DNA from: a virus
Reading direction: 5' to 3' (one strand)
DNA: 64,000 bases
Virus record (IMG/VR): IMGVR_UViG_3300032893_000008
Location: 32,001 to 96,000 of that record
The notes under the pieces were generated by a model. That model searched no databases and was not told where the DNA came from. It saw nothing but the letters and a program-made list of their open reading frames with translations. Below, piece by piece: positions 45,986 through 56,400 of this stretch; the stretch's first letter is position 1; each line of letters opens with the position of its first letter. The position numbers were made by a program, and so were the translations under genes.

Positions 45986-48813
45986 TACTGAGCCCCGTGA
46001 ACGTGGAAATGCACCACTAGCGCATCTACGGCGGGATTCTGCACCGCTCCTGCCATATTCACGATGACGATTTCAAAATACCCCGTAGTCTTATTTGCAC
46101 TGTTTACGTTTGCGACGTAAGCAGCGGCGTTGTATTGCGCGGTCACGACCGGAGCGTAATTGGCATTCGTCATGGGGGTCGGGAAAGTGATACGAATCGC
46201 GGTGCCATTAATCGTGGCGGTGCAATTGAAGCCATCATCTACTGAAACACCGCCGCCGCCGTTGGTGGTTACGGTTCCCCAAGATTTGGGGATATTCTTA
46301 GCACGCAACTCATTTACGGACGGTGCAGTGCTATTAGCCGGATTAGAGTAGGTGCCGGCAGAATCAATCTTGAAGCTACCATCGGTGCATTCCAGGCCGC
46401 GCTGCGGACTACCGACCGCAGCTACGTCTACGTTACCCGCCCAGGTATTGGGCGTAACGGCTGCTCCAGCGCCGGAGGTGGATGGAGTGTAAAAGTTACC
46501 AAAAGTCTGCGTGAGCGAGTTGCGGAAGAAGGTGTTGTTCTGAATGACAGCTGCAGTGCCCGCAGTCTTGGTGGCACTCAGACGGATCATATCGGCAGTG
46601 CCGGTATAGGAGCTAGTATCTTCCTGGTTTCCGGAGATGTCGTTCTCGATGAACGAAGCGGTGATACCGCCGGCGTTTGCGGTGATGTCGATTTTGATGT
46701 AGCACGGTGAAGCTCCGCCGCCGGCAACTGTCTCAAAGACGTTGTCGCAGATCTGGTTGGCTTGCACTGTCCCAGTGGAAGTAAAGGTCTCAACGAAGCT
46801 AACGCCGTAAGGAAGGCCCGCGGACTCCCTGATCCGGATTCGGTTTCTCCGGATGGAGTTCCCGCTAGATTTGTGGAGGCGAATTGCGTGTGTAGTTCCT
46901 ACACCAGCGTTGTCCGTGAGCTGGATGACGTTGTCCAGGACTTTGCACTTGGAGGCGCTATTGGAAATCGATACCGCGACCGATTGCGTGGTGGCACTGG
47001 ACTGGGTGATCCCGAGATTGGACAGCTCGCATGAAGCTGCATTCAGTTCGATAACTGCATCACCAGCGATCGCGCCAGTGATAAGCGTTGAATCCGGACC
47101 TTCACCAACGATACGAATTTTGGCGGTCGAGACCTGAATTTTAGAAGCGAAGGTGTAAGTTCCTCGTTTGACGAAGATCGTGCCACCGGACGGCAAAGCC
47201 GCTAGAGCGCTAGTGAAAACCGCCTGGGTGGTTCCATTGTAGTCTCCGGAGGAGCTTACGCCGTCACCAATTGTTACGGACGACAGCCGGCCAGCGAGCG
47301 CGGTAGCGACGTCGGACAGGAGCTTGTCGGTCAAGGCGTAGCCTACGATCCGATGCTCGCTGTCCTTCATCAAGAAGCCATCACGTGTGTAGCACTGCCC
47401 CGTAGGCGTGCCCCAACGGCTACCAAGCCACCAGACGTTCGTGTTGAACGCTACGTTCGCTGCAGGGCCAGCGGTGACGGTGTAGGCACCCTTGGAATAG
47501 ACCCCCTGGGCGTTACCGGTGGCGCCAGCGTAGGCTGAGACTAGTTCAACCGATACCGCGAGCGCGGCGGTTGTAAGGGCGCCACCGCCGCCCGCGCCAC
47601 CGGGGGCATCGTAAAAATCCAGGATGCGGACATAGCGGTGAATGCCGTCGACGTCCTTTTTGATCCAATCGCCGCGGCCAGCGGCCGAGGTCGTGTCGGA
47701 TTCCAGACCAGCGAACGAGCCGCCGAGGACGTTACCGTTGACGAAGGTTGCGCCATTAGACCAAGCGAGTGTATCACTTGCCCCCGGAAAGGGGAGGTTG
47801 CGCATCTGAGTGACGTAAGCAACATCGCCGGCGTTCAGGGTGGCCGAGCTAGCCTTTATCGTGAAGAAGTAGGGCCCATCTACCGAACGCACTTCAAGAT
47901 CATCCGTCCAAGTGAGCGTATTGCCGGCGCCGTTCCATTGGAACTCGCCCGTGCCCGTTTTAGACGTCAGAATCGAGCCCACGGAGTCCGAGAAGAGATC
48001 GGACAGCGAGCCAGACCCCGTGGAACCACCCTCAAACCACTTTGCGCCAGGGCCCTGCAGCTCAGCCAGGCGGGACATTACAGCGTTCGCCCAGGTCTTG
48101 AAGTTCTGGATGGCTTTGTCAGATCCCCGGAAAGGGTTGGCGGTCGGATCCGTGGTCGTTAGGGTAATCCCGTGATCCGTGCGCCCTTGGGGCCAGCCGT
48201 AGCGATAAGTCGCATCGGGGGAGGTGCCGCCGGTGCCTAGACGGAACATCAGGTTGCGACAGTCCGTAATCGAAGTCACGACGCCATTGGCGTCCACGAC
48301 GACCTTGGCGATCGGGACCTTGCCGGCCGTGAAGCCGACGGTGTTGACGGAAGCGATCACCGTGAGGTTAGTGACGGTGTCGATCGTCTCCTTAAATTCC
48401 TCACCAGTGCCGTCTGCTCCACCGGCTTCGTCCCAGATAGCGCGCGTATCGCTTCCACCGGTGGAAGTTGACTGGTCCAGTTCGATGAAATTCGTCTGAC
48501 TCGGGGTCAGAGCAACCGTTTGCTGTGGCTCAGAGCCTGATGCCACGAAGAATCCACCAGCTCCACCTACCGATTCTGGGTGAAACATCATGGAGTTAGC
48601 GATGTTTACCAAGACAGACGAGACCTTCTTGGTCACGTAAGTATCTGGCGATGGGATGTCGAAACCGCTGACAATCAGGGGAGACGAAGCTCCCGTAAGA
48701 AATTGGTCTACGAACTGCGACCAGTCCGCATTACCAAAAGCATCGAAGTTGAGGGCATCTGGGAGATCCAGACGCTCCCCGGAAATGAGTCGAACTCGTT
48801 GCAGAACGGACAT
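45985..48813 (-). CDS. tail fibre/tailspike with beta-helix region
   Basis: ALAALPSGGTIFVKRGTY...IVGEG beta-helix cap followed by Asn-rich repeats; Gly/Thr-rich. Confidence 0.75.
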   Translation of the reverse strand: MSVLQRVRLISGERLDLPDALNFDAFGNADWSQFVDQFLTGASSPLIVSGFDIPSPDTYVTKKVSSVLVNIANSMMFHPESVGGAGGFFVASGSEPQQTVALTPSQTNFIELDQSTSTGGSDTRAIWDEAGGADGTGEEFKETIDTVTNLTVIASVNTVGFTAGKVPIAKVVVDANGVVTSITDCRNLMFRLGTGGTSPDATYRYGWPQGRTDHGITLTTTDPTANPFRGSDKAIQNFKTWANAVMSRLAELQGPGAKWFEGGSTGSGSLSDLFSDSVGSILTSKTGTGEFQWNGAGNTLTWTDDLEVRSVDGPYFFTIKASSATLNAGDVAYVTQMRNLPFPGASDTLAWSNGATFVNGNVLGGSFAGLESDTTSAAGRGDWIKKDVDGIHRYVRILDFYDAPGGAGGGGALTTAALAVSVELVSAYAGATGNAQGVYSKGAYTVTAGPAANVAFNTNVWWLGSRWGTPTGQCYTRDGFLMKDSEHRIVGYALTDKLLSDVATALAGRLSSVTIGDGVSSSGDYNGTTQAVFTSALAALPSGGTIFVKRGTYTFASKIQVSTAKIRIVGEGPDSTLITGAIAGDAVIELNAASCELSNLGITQSSATTQSVAVSISNSASKCKVLDNVIQLTDNAGVGTTHAIRLHKSSGNSIRRNRIRIRESAGLPYGVSFVETFTSTGTVQANQICDNVFETVAGGGASPCYIKIDITANAGGITASFIENDISGNQEDTSSYTGTADMIRLSATKTAGTAAVIQNNTFFRNSLTQTFGNFYTPSTSGAGAAVTPNTWAGNVDVAAVGSPQRGLECTDGSFKIDSAGTYSNPANSTAPSVNELRAKNIPKSWGTVTTNGGGGVSVDDGFNCTATINGTAIRITFPTPMTNANYAPVVTAQYNAAAYVANVNSANKTTGYFEIVIVNMAGAVQNPAVDALVVHFHVHGAQ

Positions 48814-48862
48814 GTGCGGATTTTACCAGGATCAGTCCCCGGGGACGCGGTAGAATCACTAC

Positions 48863-49477
48863 GTGTCCACCCATGTCTATTTGCCGAAAAGTCAGCCTCC
48901 CGGAATCGGCTGGTGTGGTCCTACGTCCCTTGCGAATGCCCTGGCGATCTATGGGATCCCAACCACCCCGGAGGAGTGCGCCGGCGCCTGCCAGGCACCC
49001 GGACCTGATCAGGGCGTTACCGACGACGACCTGGCTAGGGGGCTAAAGAAGTTCGGCTTTAGGGCAAACAAGAAGACCGCTACCAAGAAGTCGGAATTTC
49101 AAAGGATTTTCAAGTGGGTGCGTAAGCAGACTGACACCGGAAAGCTCGTGCTGTGCACCATCAACGGGAATTACGCTACCTGTCACATCGTTCTGATCAT
49201 GCGAGTGGTTCGCGGGGGCGTTCAGGTGTGGGATCCTCACGACAACGAATCGAAGGTAATTAGTCGTCGCAATCTTTTTCAAGCCTGGTGGAACATCACC
49301 GATCCTAAGGATAGAGAGATGGAGACTCTTACCGGAGTGGCGCTCATAGCCATGAGTCCGCGAAGCAAACTCGCCCGTCGAGCGGTCGAAGTTCGAACCA
49401 ATCTACTGAATCCTCCCAAGGGGAAGCTTCCTACCGAGAAAGCGCCCTACATCGAAGAAAAGCACGAGAATCCATGA
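48863..49477 (+). CDS. C39-like cysteine peptidase
   Basis: Q.PGIGWCGPTSLANAL (Cys), CHIVLI (His), VWDP (Asp). Confidence 0.75.
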   Translation: MSTHVYLPKSQPPGIGWCGPTSLANALAIYGIPTTPEECAGACQAPGPDQGVTDDDLARGLKKFGFRANKKTATKKSEFQRIFKWVRKQTDTGKLVLCTINGNYATCHIVLIMRVVRGGVQVWDPHDNESKVISRRNLFQAWWNITDPKDREMETLTGVALIAMSPRSKLARRAVEVRTNLLNPPKGKLPTEKAPYIEEKHENP

Positions 49478-49830
49478 ATCCGAAAACGGTTAAGTTTTTC
49501 CGCGCCCTCCTGGCGGTGATTTCCGCTCTCCTGATGTTCCAGTGGGGCATGTCCTTTGTATTCCTGATCATGATCCGGGCTGATGACTTCCGAATCTTCA
49601 GCTCCTTGGCGCTATGCGTGTTCTTCTACTTCGTTCTGCTCCTCCAGATTAGCGCGATTCACCGTCTGGAGAATGCAGGCCGGCCGCCGGCGGCAGTCGA
49701 ACCTGAGCCGTTAGAACCGCCGGAAATCCACTGTCCACCGCACAAATGGGAATACGATGAGGGTAAAAAGTTCATGCGCTGTAGCGTTTGCCGGCGCCGG
49801 CCGAACTACGTAGGACGCAAGGACGAATGA
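49474..49830 (+). CDS. two-TM membrane protein with C-terminal Zn ribbon
   Basis: Two hydrophobic helices; CPPHKWE...CSVC. Confidence 0.7.
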   Translation: MNPKTVKFFRALLAVISALLMFQWGMSFVFLIMIRADDFRIFSSLALCVFFYFVLLLQISAIHRLENAGRPPAAVEPEPLEPPEIHCPPHKWEYDEGKKFMRCSVCRRRPNYVGRKDE

Positions 49831-50294
49831 TCTCGATCCCCATTGAGGAGCTGTTCGGTGACCAACTGCTAAAGCTTCCGCCCGATGAGCACTGGGTAGC
49901 GCACGGAAAAGATGGCCAGATCAGTATAGTGGCGGAAAAAATCGTCACCGGTCTGGACGTGGCCATGGACATCCTCGATGAACTAGAGGGGCGCAGCCCA
50001 GAACCCAGGGGAACTAGCGCGAAGTTTAGCTACAACCTATACGTCTCTAGCCCCGCTATACAGCCGAGTTCACGTCCAAAGCGGGATTCGAAAACTTGTA
50101 AGCCGGCGCCTGCACGAGGAATCGCACGACAACGCCTACAGCGGTGGCGGCGACGATCAGGTCTTCCAACGCTTGGCGAGCAGTTGCGAGCCCAGTCACA
50201 TATGCTGCGTAGCTCGTCCCGTCTTGTTTTACCTTCGGCGCCCCGAGCCCTCGCACGTAGTGGATCGATGCACTTACCGCGTGGTCGAATTTGA
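49827..50294 (+). CDS. hypothetical protein whose 3' part overlaps the convergent baseplate gene
   Basis: ATGA-coupled start at 49827; about 240 nt of antisense overlap. Confidence 0.4.
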   Translation: MISIPIEELFGDQLLKLPPDEHWVAHGKDGQISIVAEKIVTGLDVAMDILDELEGRSPEPRGTSAKFSYNLYVSSPAIQPSSRPKRDSKTCKPAPARGIARQRLQRWRRRSGLPTLGEQLRAQSHMLRSSSRLVLPSAPRALARSGSMHLPRGRI

Positions 50295-51417
50295 AGACGT
50301 AGCTCGGATCGATGACGAGGTTGCCGGAGTTGGGCGCCGTAAGGTATCGAATAGGCCCTTCTTCGTTGGTATGCCCATAGTCGAGCACGAAATAGCCAGC
50401 GGTCGCTGGCCAGCTTGCCGGTAGCGGATTGACCAGGATGTTCGATAGGACCGTGCCTTTCGAGATCTTCCCGATGATAGTGGTCTTCAGGCTAGAGATC
50501 GAGTATTTCGCGTTACGGTCGAAGACATAGCCCGCCCCGATGGTGCCAGACGAATCCTTATTGAAGTGCAGCGCTCCCTTCAATTTCCGGGTAACTACCG
50601 CCGGCGAGGAAGGGAGTAGAACTACCAGCTCTTCGTTGTTGACTTCATAGAGCACTGCCGGGCGAGACAAAGAATTGATGGTCTGCTTGCCGGTCGGGAA
50701 GGTGAAAGCCGCGGCCGCAGTTCCACCGGTAATTTCTACCGAACCAGTGGCACCGATAACCGAACTCGCGACATTCACAAACTGAACCAGGGACGTCGGG
50801 TCCGTTTGAACGCGCGCCGCTAGCTCGCCGTTCGGAAACTGACGGTTCATGGCATCTGCGACTTCCTGGGCCTTCGCGTTCGTAACGTCGAGGTAATCCG
50901 CAGTCTTGACGTAAAACGTAAGATCACGGAGTTCATCCGTCGTTATCGTCAGTGTCTGACCATCCACGAGAGGGTAGGGTTCGGGAAAGAAAGATTCCAC
51001 GTTCGCACTGACCGCCAGGGGGCCATACCAGATAGCTAGCAGCGCCTGGAGCGCCTGGCGAATCTGCTTGGGAACGTAGGACATTACGGGGATCAGACTG
51101 CGATAGTCAGGATCCTTCATCCCTACGCCCGCTGGTCGGCGCACACCGACGCTCGCACCTAGGCGATTCAAGTATTGCAGCTCGGCAGTCTCTACGTAGA
51201 GCTGTTTCTTCACCTGAGCCGTGAGATCTTCGACGCGGCAATCTCCTTGCCCGAACGCCACCAATAGCCCGCCTATGTTTGTGTTGGTGGTCGGTTTGTA
51301 TGCCTCCGGCACCATACGAGTAAGTTTCTGGTAGGACTCGTTGTTGTATGGGCAAGGTTCAACCACTACCGCCGGCGCGATCTCGGGATCTTGCAGAAGG
51401 GTGTAGGTAGTAGCCAT
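50056..51417 (-). CDS. baseplate wedge/tail structural protein
   Basis: TAELQYLNRLGASVGVRRP..M.DPDYR motif typical of baseplate wedge proteins; located in the tail module. Confidence 0.7.
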   Translation of the reverse strand: MATTYTLLQDPEIAPAVVVEPCPYNNESYQKLTRMVPEAYKPTTNTNIGGLLVAFGQGDCRVEDLTAQVKKQLYVETAELQYLNRLGASVGVRRPAGVGMKDPDYRSLIPVMSYVPKQIRQALQALLAIWYGPLAVSANVESFFPEPYPLVDGQTLTITTDELRDLTFYVKTADYLDVTNAKAQEVADAMNRQFPNGELAARVQTDPTSLVQFVNVASSVIGATGSVEITGGTAAAAFTFPTGKQTINSLSRPAVLYEVNNEELVVLLPSSPAVVTRKLKGALHFNKDSSGTIGAGYVFDRNAKYSISSLKTTIIGKISKGTVLSNILVNPLPASWPATAGYFVLDYGHTNEEGPIRYLTAPNSGNLVIDPSYVFKFDHAVSASIHYVRGLGAPKVKQDGTSYAAYVTGLATARQALEDLIVAATAVGVVVRFLVQAPAYKFSNPALDVNSAV

Positions 51418-52988
51418 TAGGTGATATTGAATCCGTAGTAGTTCAGGAACTTGTTCTGGGCTGCGCCGGAATCAAGGAAGTCAGCGATTCCAATGTAGGT
51501 AAAGGCTTCGTAGCCAGTGGCCACATTGTAGTCGATCACTACTGTATTGTTCACAACACCTACGATTCGTGTTCCTCCGTAAAAAGCTTTGATCCTATCA
51601 CCGTTGTTAACGGTGGCCGGAGCGCTCTGGACAACCGTTCCGTTCAGGGGCGTCAGGCTGAAGTAGGTTACTAGATAGAGTGTGCCCGCTCCGGATCCCG
51701 GGCCAAATTGTAGATTGATGAAGTTATTTGTAGAGTTCCCGCGGAAGTAGGGACCAAAGTAACTACCACCTTGTAGGTTGTCTACCGTGATGGTGAAAGC
51801 ACCATTACCGGATCCGCTATCTTCTTGCACCATAGCAGCGTTATTGGTCTCGGAAGATGGAGCCACTAGCTCATTGGACGATACGTTCCAGGTGCCGCCG
51901 TAGCCAGAATTTATGTCCCAAGTGCCAGTGCCGAATTGCGCCGGTGTGCCGAATATGCTACCGTCAGCGCGAGTGAACGTGTCGCCGAATTCCGCGTTAG
52001 CGAAGTTCTTTTGCAGCCAATCATCGAAAGTGACGCCAGCGATACCGCCGCCGCCGGCCCAAATGCCCGTGTGGGTCCCGGTGTTGTTTGCGGTTTCGTG
52101 AAGAACGAAAGCGAGCGTGCCATTCACCCAAACCGCGATTACGTCGTCGCTATCGGTGTAAGCTTCATAGATCGTATCAGCCGTGCTTGTATGAGCAAAA
52201 TCTGAAGTTAGTTTAGTAAAAGTGCCCGCTACGCGCTTCCACACCGATACATTGCCGGCGAATTGGTAGATACCGATGAAATTTTGATCATCTACGCCGC
52301 GGATGATCCACATCCAGTTATCGGTCCCCGGAGTCTGTGGATTGCCGTTTCGAACGCGCCATTTGCCGTTGTTGTTGCCGGTATCCGCTGTCAAGGTGAC
52401 GTCTCCGGCAGCTACACCCTGCCCGAGTCCTTTATGACCGCTCACTGATAGGACATCCCAGTCGAGCGATGAGCCGCCGGATGCCACCCATGGCTGGCCA
52501 CTATCCGCATTACCCACGCCCCCGCCAACCGGGCGGCTGACGTTATCATAGAAATACGTTGTAGCATTGAAGATAGTGCCAATGCCTGCACTGAACCGAG
52601 AGGGCAGTCCCAGACCATAGATGGTGAAATCAAGACTTCCGATGCCGCCGGCGAATCGAGACGACAGTCCTCGCCCATGGAGCAATTGCGGACTACCCTC
52701 GATCGTTTCTCCAGTGACGGACTTGACATTGTAGACCGTCAGAGAATAGGGATACCCATCGATATGGACCTTATTGACAGTTAGCTGGACCACATAAGGA
52801 TTGACAGTCTCAACTGAAATCGCCACCGGTTCTTGCGGATGCAAAGATGCTTGAGAAATCACATAATTGGCAGGATTCAAGGCATCGTCGGTGTCGGCGG
52901 GATTCTGTTGAACGACAGGCTCACTGAAACACACCACAACCTTGTTGGGTCGGCGAGAGTGCGCTATCACCTTTACAACCGAAAACAC
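51417..52988 (-). CDS. virion protein with an Ig-like N-terminus and two lectin/ConA-like domains
   Basis: VCFSEPV...ALNPANY; repeated D(N/T)(V/F)(S/T)R...G..W modules. Confidence 0.6.
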   Translation of the reverse strand: MFSVVKVIAHSRRPNKVVVCFSEPVVQQNPADTDDALNPANYVISQASLHPQEPVAISVETVNPYVVQLTVNKVHIDGYPYSLTVYNVKSVTGETIEGSPQLLHGRGLSSRFAGGIGSLDFTIYGLGLPSRFSAGIGTIFNATTYFYDNVSRPVGGGVGNADSGQPWVASGGSSLDWDVLSVSGHKGLGQGVAAGDVTLTADTGNNNGKWRVRNGNPQTPGTDNWMWIIRGVDDQNFIGIYQFAGNVSVWKRVAGTFTKLTSDFAHTSTADTIYEAYTDSDDVIAVWVNGTLAFVLHETANNTGTHTGIWAGGGGIAGVTFDDWLQKNFANAEFGDTFTRADGSIFGTPAQFGTGTWDINSGYGGTWNVSSNELVAPSSETNNAAMVQEDSGSGNGAFTITVDNLQGGSYFGPYFRGNSTNNFINLQFGPGSGAGTLYLVTYFSLTPLNGTVVQSAPATVNNGDRIKAFYGGTRIVGVVNNTVVIDYNVATGYEAFTYIGIADFLDSGAAQNKFLNYYGFNIT

Positions 52989-53001
52989 CAGCTAAATCCT
53001 T

Positions 53002-53418
53002 TTAAAATTTGAAGATTCGATTTGCGCCGTTGTCTAGCGTAACGTTAATGTCTCCGCCGTTCGGCGTAACCGGAAGGCCGGCATAGTCGTCGTGATAGGA
53101 GATCAGTGCACTAGTGCCGGCGACGCCAGTGTCAACGTAAAATACGATTGCTCCGCAGGCCGGTCCGGCGGCTACCGAGGTAAAAGTGAAATCGCTAGCG
53201 TCGAAGACGCCCCCAGTGGTAGTCTTACCACTCAAGTTGGGGCTGAAAGCCACGCGATCCCCGGCGGAAATGTCGCTCAGGAACTGATGAGTTGCAGCAT
53301 TGACAACGTAATGACCGCCGCCAGTGAGCACCAGGACGGCTTTAACGTTGACTGCCCGAAGGTCGATTTGACCGTCCAGAAAAAGTTCGCGGGTTTTATC
53401 GTAAGCTTGTGCGGCCAT
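53002..53418 (-). CDS. small virion structural protein
   Basis: GVFDASD.TFTSV...LPVTPNGGDI pattern; extended -10 6 nt upstream. Confidence 0.65.
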   Translation of the reverse strand: MAAQAYDKTRELFLDGQIDLRAVNVKAVLVLTGGGHYVVNAATHQFLSDISAGDRVAFSPNLSGKTTTGGVFDASDFTFTSVAAGPACGAIVFYVDTGVAGTSALISYHDDYAGLPVTPNGGDINVTLDNGANRIFKF

Positions 53419-53432
53419 GGGGGTATTTTACC

Positions 53433-56400
53433 TTACGTGACGGTGATATCGGATTCAAGTGCGATCGCTTTTTCGTTGTCGTGAATAACGATACGCTCCG
53501 TGGTGGGGGAAGGATAGACCATCGCTACCGACTGAACGCCAGCGATCTGCTGAATCCGGGAGATGATCTCCGAGATGATGACGTCGTCTCCGACGCCCAA
53601 ACTAGCGATGTAGCCCAGAATCGCAGACTTGATCGTCTGGCTTAGGGTATTGGTGGATAGGCCGGTTACAGGTTTGACGGCGACCGAGATTGCCACACGA
53701 CGAATTTCCGGCGGTAGCGCTTCGATCTGGACACCAGCGGCCTTAACGCCAGGGAAGTTGACCTGGTCAGGATCGTAGCCGTCCATCACTCGATGAACCC
53801 GCTGAAGCAGGCCCGTCCAGTATTTGTAGCCGTCAACACCCACCTGATCCGCAATTGGAAATCCCAGTTTGTTCCGGGCGATGAGCTGAGTGCCGTTAGC
53901 GGCAGCAAATCGATCAGCATCATCCGTTCCGGTGATCCACAGTAGGCTTTCCGTCGGATCGTTGTAGTTGGGGGTAACCATATTTACGGTGCGATAAGTA
54001 GAATAGGGCGTTCCCTCCAGGACTAGGAAGCTAGCGGCATTGGAGCCAAGCGTGATGCTGGGATTCAACGTTGTAGTCGAATTGGAGACGTAAACGAATT
54101 GATCCCCGCTTGTGCTATCCCGCCCATGGCCCTCGATGGTCCATCGCCCCTGCCAGGGCTGCGGGAACCAGGTGGGCGAAGGAAGTGCCTCGATCGAGAC
54201 TTGATCGCTAGACATGGCAGAATTCGGGCCCCAAAATTGCAAGAGTCCGCCGGCGCCACTGACGACCGTCCGAATCTCGCCCAAGAAATCACCAGAGCCA
54301 ACAGGGTCATCCACGAGATTGGCGGGGCCATCATCGATCGCCGCCGAGTTCTCAACAACGAAAGAGGTGTCGTCGACCTCCACTACCCGGAAACGTCCGA
54401 CGTTGCGGGAATCGAAACCACCGGAAGAGCCGGAGGCAACATCAACCCAGAAGCCAGGCTTGATGCCACGGGTGGCGAATTTAGGGTCCTTAGTGCCACC
54501 ACCGAGGTAGCGGAAGCGCGTGAATCGAGAATTGAGCTTCTCCACTAGAATGGGCTGAGTGCCATCCGCTCTGAGGTTCGGATGATAGAAGAACGGCGTC
54601 TTGGCGACCATATCCGTAGCGCCAGGGGTGATGCCGACTTCGTTCGTCGCTTCGGGGTTGATGACCGTGATCACGGTCGGCGTTACTGCCGTTACCAAGA
54701 ACGTCCCGCGGTTAGCGGCCGCGAAGGCAGTGCCGGATACCTTGAGTTCGTCACCTACCACCGCTGGCGAAAAATCGGAAACGCCGGCGGTGCGTGAATA
54801 GGTAGCCGTGCCATCAACGTTGGCAACAACTGAGAAAGTGCTCGCGCCGACATTCAGAGTCGGACGATCACCCAAAGTCATGCGCTTGTAAGGATTCGTG
54901 CCACCCGGGGTTGAGACCGCTACGACCGTATTGTAGTCGTAAGTGTTGATTTCTTTTGCCCCAAAACGATTTTCCAGCTTGACAATTTGCCCCCGATGGA
55001 ATCCATAGCTCGTCGACGCAGGGAGCGTTACGCGAGTGGAAAGCACATCGATGCCAGCTACTTTCGTAATGGCTGCGGTAATTGCGTTACCGTAACCGCC
55101 GGTGACGAAAATCGAACCCGCCGATCCCACCTGGAGAGAGGCGATCTGCACTGATTCCGCATCATTGGAACGCTGAATCAGTGCCACTTCGCTGAGGCCC
55201 GAAATGGACTTTTTGTTCAGGTGATCCACGACGTTCTTAGCGTGCACGGGAATCAGCTTGAAATATTCACCAACCGTAGCATCTTTGTTGGGCGCTGTGC
55301 CGAAATCGTAGATCACGCCCCCGTCCAGGACCTGCTGCTCGGTCAGCTGACGCTTGAGCGTGAAACTGGGCGGTCCGGGACTGGCGAAGGAGTCAATCCA
55401 GTTCTCACCATCCACCAGTGAAGCGTAGACAGCGTTGATGGCGGCATCGTCCCGGCTACTCTTTGCGATAACGCCAGAACCATCGTTGAGCGTGCCAAAT
55501 GGATCCTGGGTCGTGAGAACGGCTTCGATGATCGCAGAAGATTGAGGGCCATTGTTTACTGCAGCGACTACGTCTGCAGCGGTATTCTGAGCTAGGGGGT
55601 AAATTACCAGGGCACTGGCGATGCCAAGCGCGAGCGGGCCTTCGTTTACTGGAGATCCGTTATTCAAGATCGTGATAGACGTAGGCGTTACGTTCGTGAT
55701 GAGGAAGGTTCCGTTGTTGTCAGGCGAAAAGTTAGCGGAATTGATGGTAGCGATGTCGCCAACAACTACACCAGAAGCTACGAAGTCGGGGGTGACGTCA
55801 CCGCCACCGGTATTGCCCCAATCATAAGTGACAGAAGAGCCGAAGGAAGTGATATTGAACGTCGTGAGCGCTGTCCAAGCGCCGGTGCGAGCGGCGCCGG
55901 ATCCAAAGGTCACTAGAACAATCACATCCACTTCTTCGCTGGAATACGTGCTGACGCTAGTCGAGACGCTCTGACTGGGCGCCGTTGGATAATCGTAACC
56001 GATTCCGATGCTATTACCGTTAGGTCCGAAGGTCGTTGCGTGATAGCAGATAGCGTTCTTGGAGCCGGTTGGGTTGAGAACTTGGTGCGCTCGGAACCAA
56101 ACCTTGTAGTCAGCGAAGTCGTGGGTATTCCACACGGAATCGGCGAACGTGGTGACGGTTGCTGCATCCAGATCTTTACCGGAGAACGTAGTGGAGCTGG
56201 CGGACGTAGTTTGACCGTTTCGCACCAGAGGGATGTTGAAGGTCTTCTCTACTTCATCACCATCCACGACCAGGACGAGATTATCCGACTGGTCAAAATC
56301 GAACGGATAGAACTGAGCGTAGAGATCTCCGACTTCCAGGGGGGCGAGCACTTCTGGCGCCACTACTCGACTAGAGCCCAAGGCGGTATAGACGTTGTCA

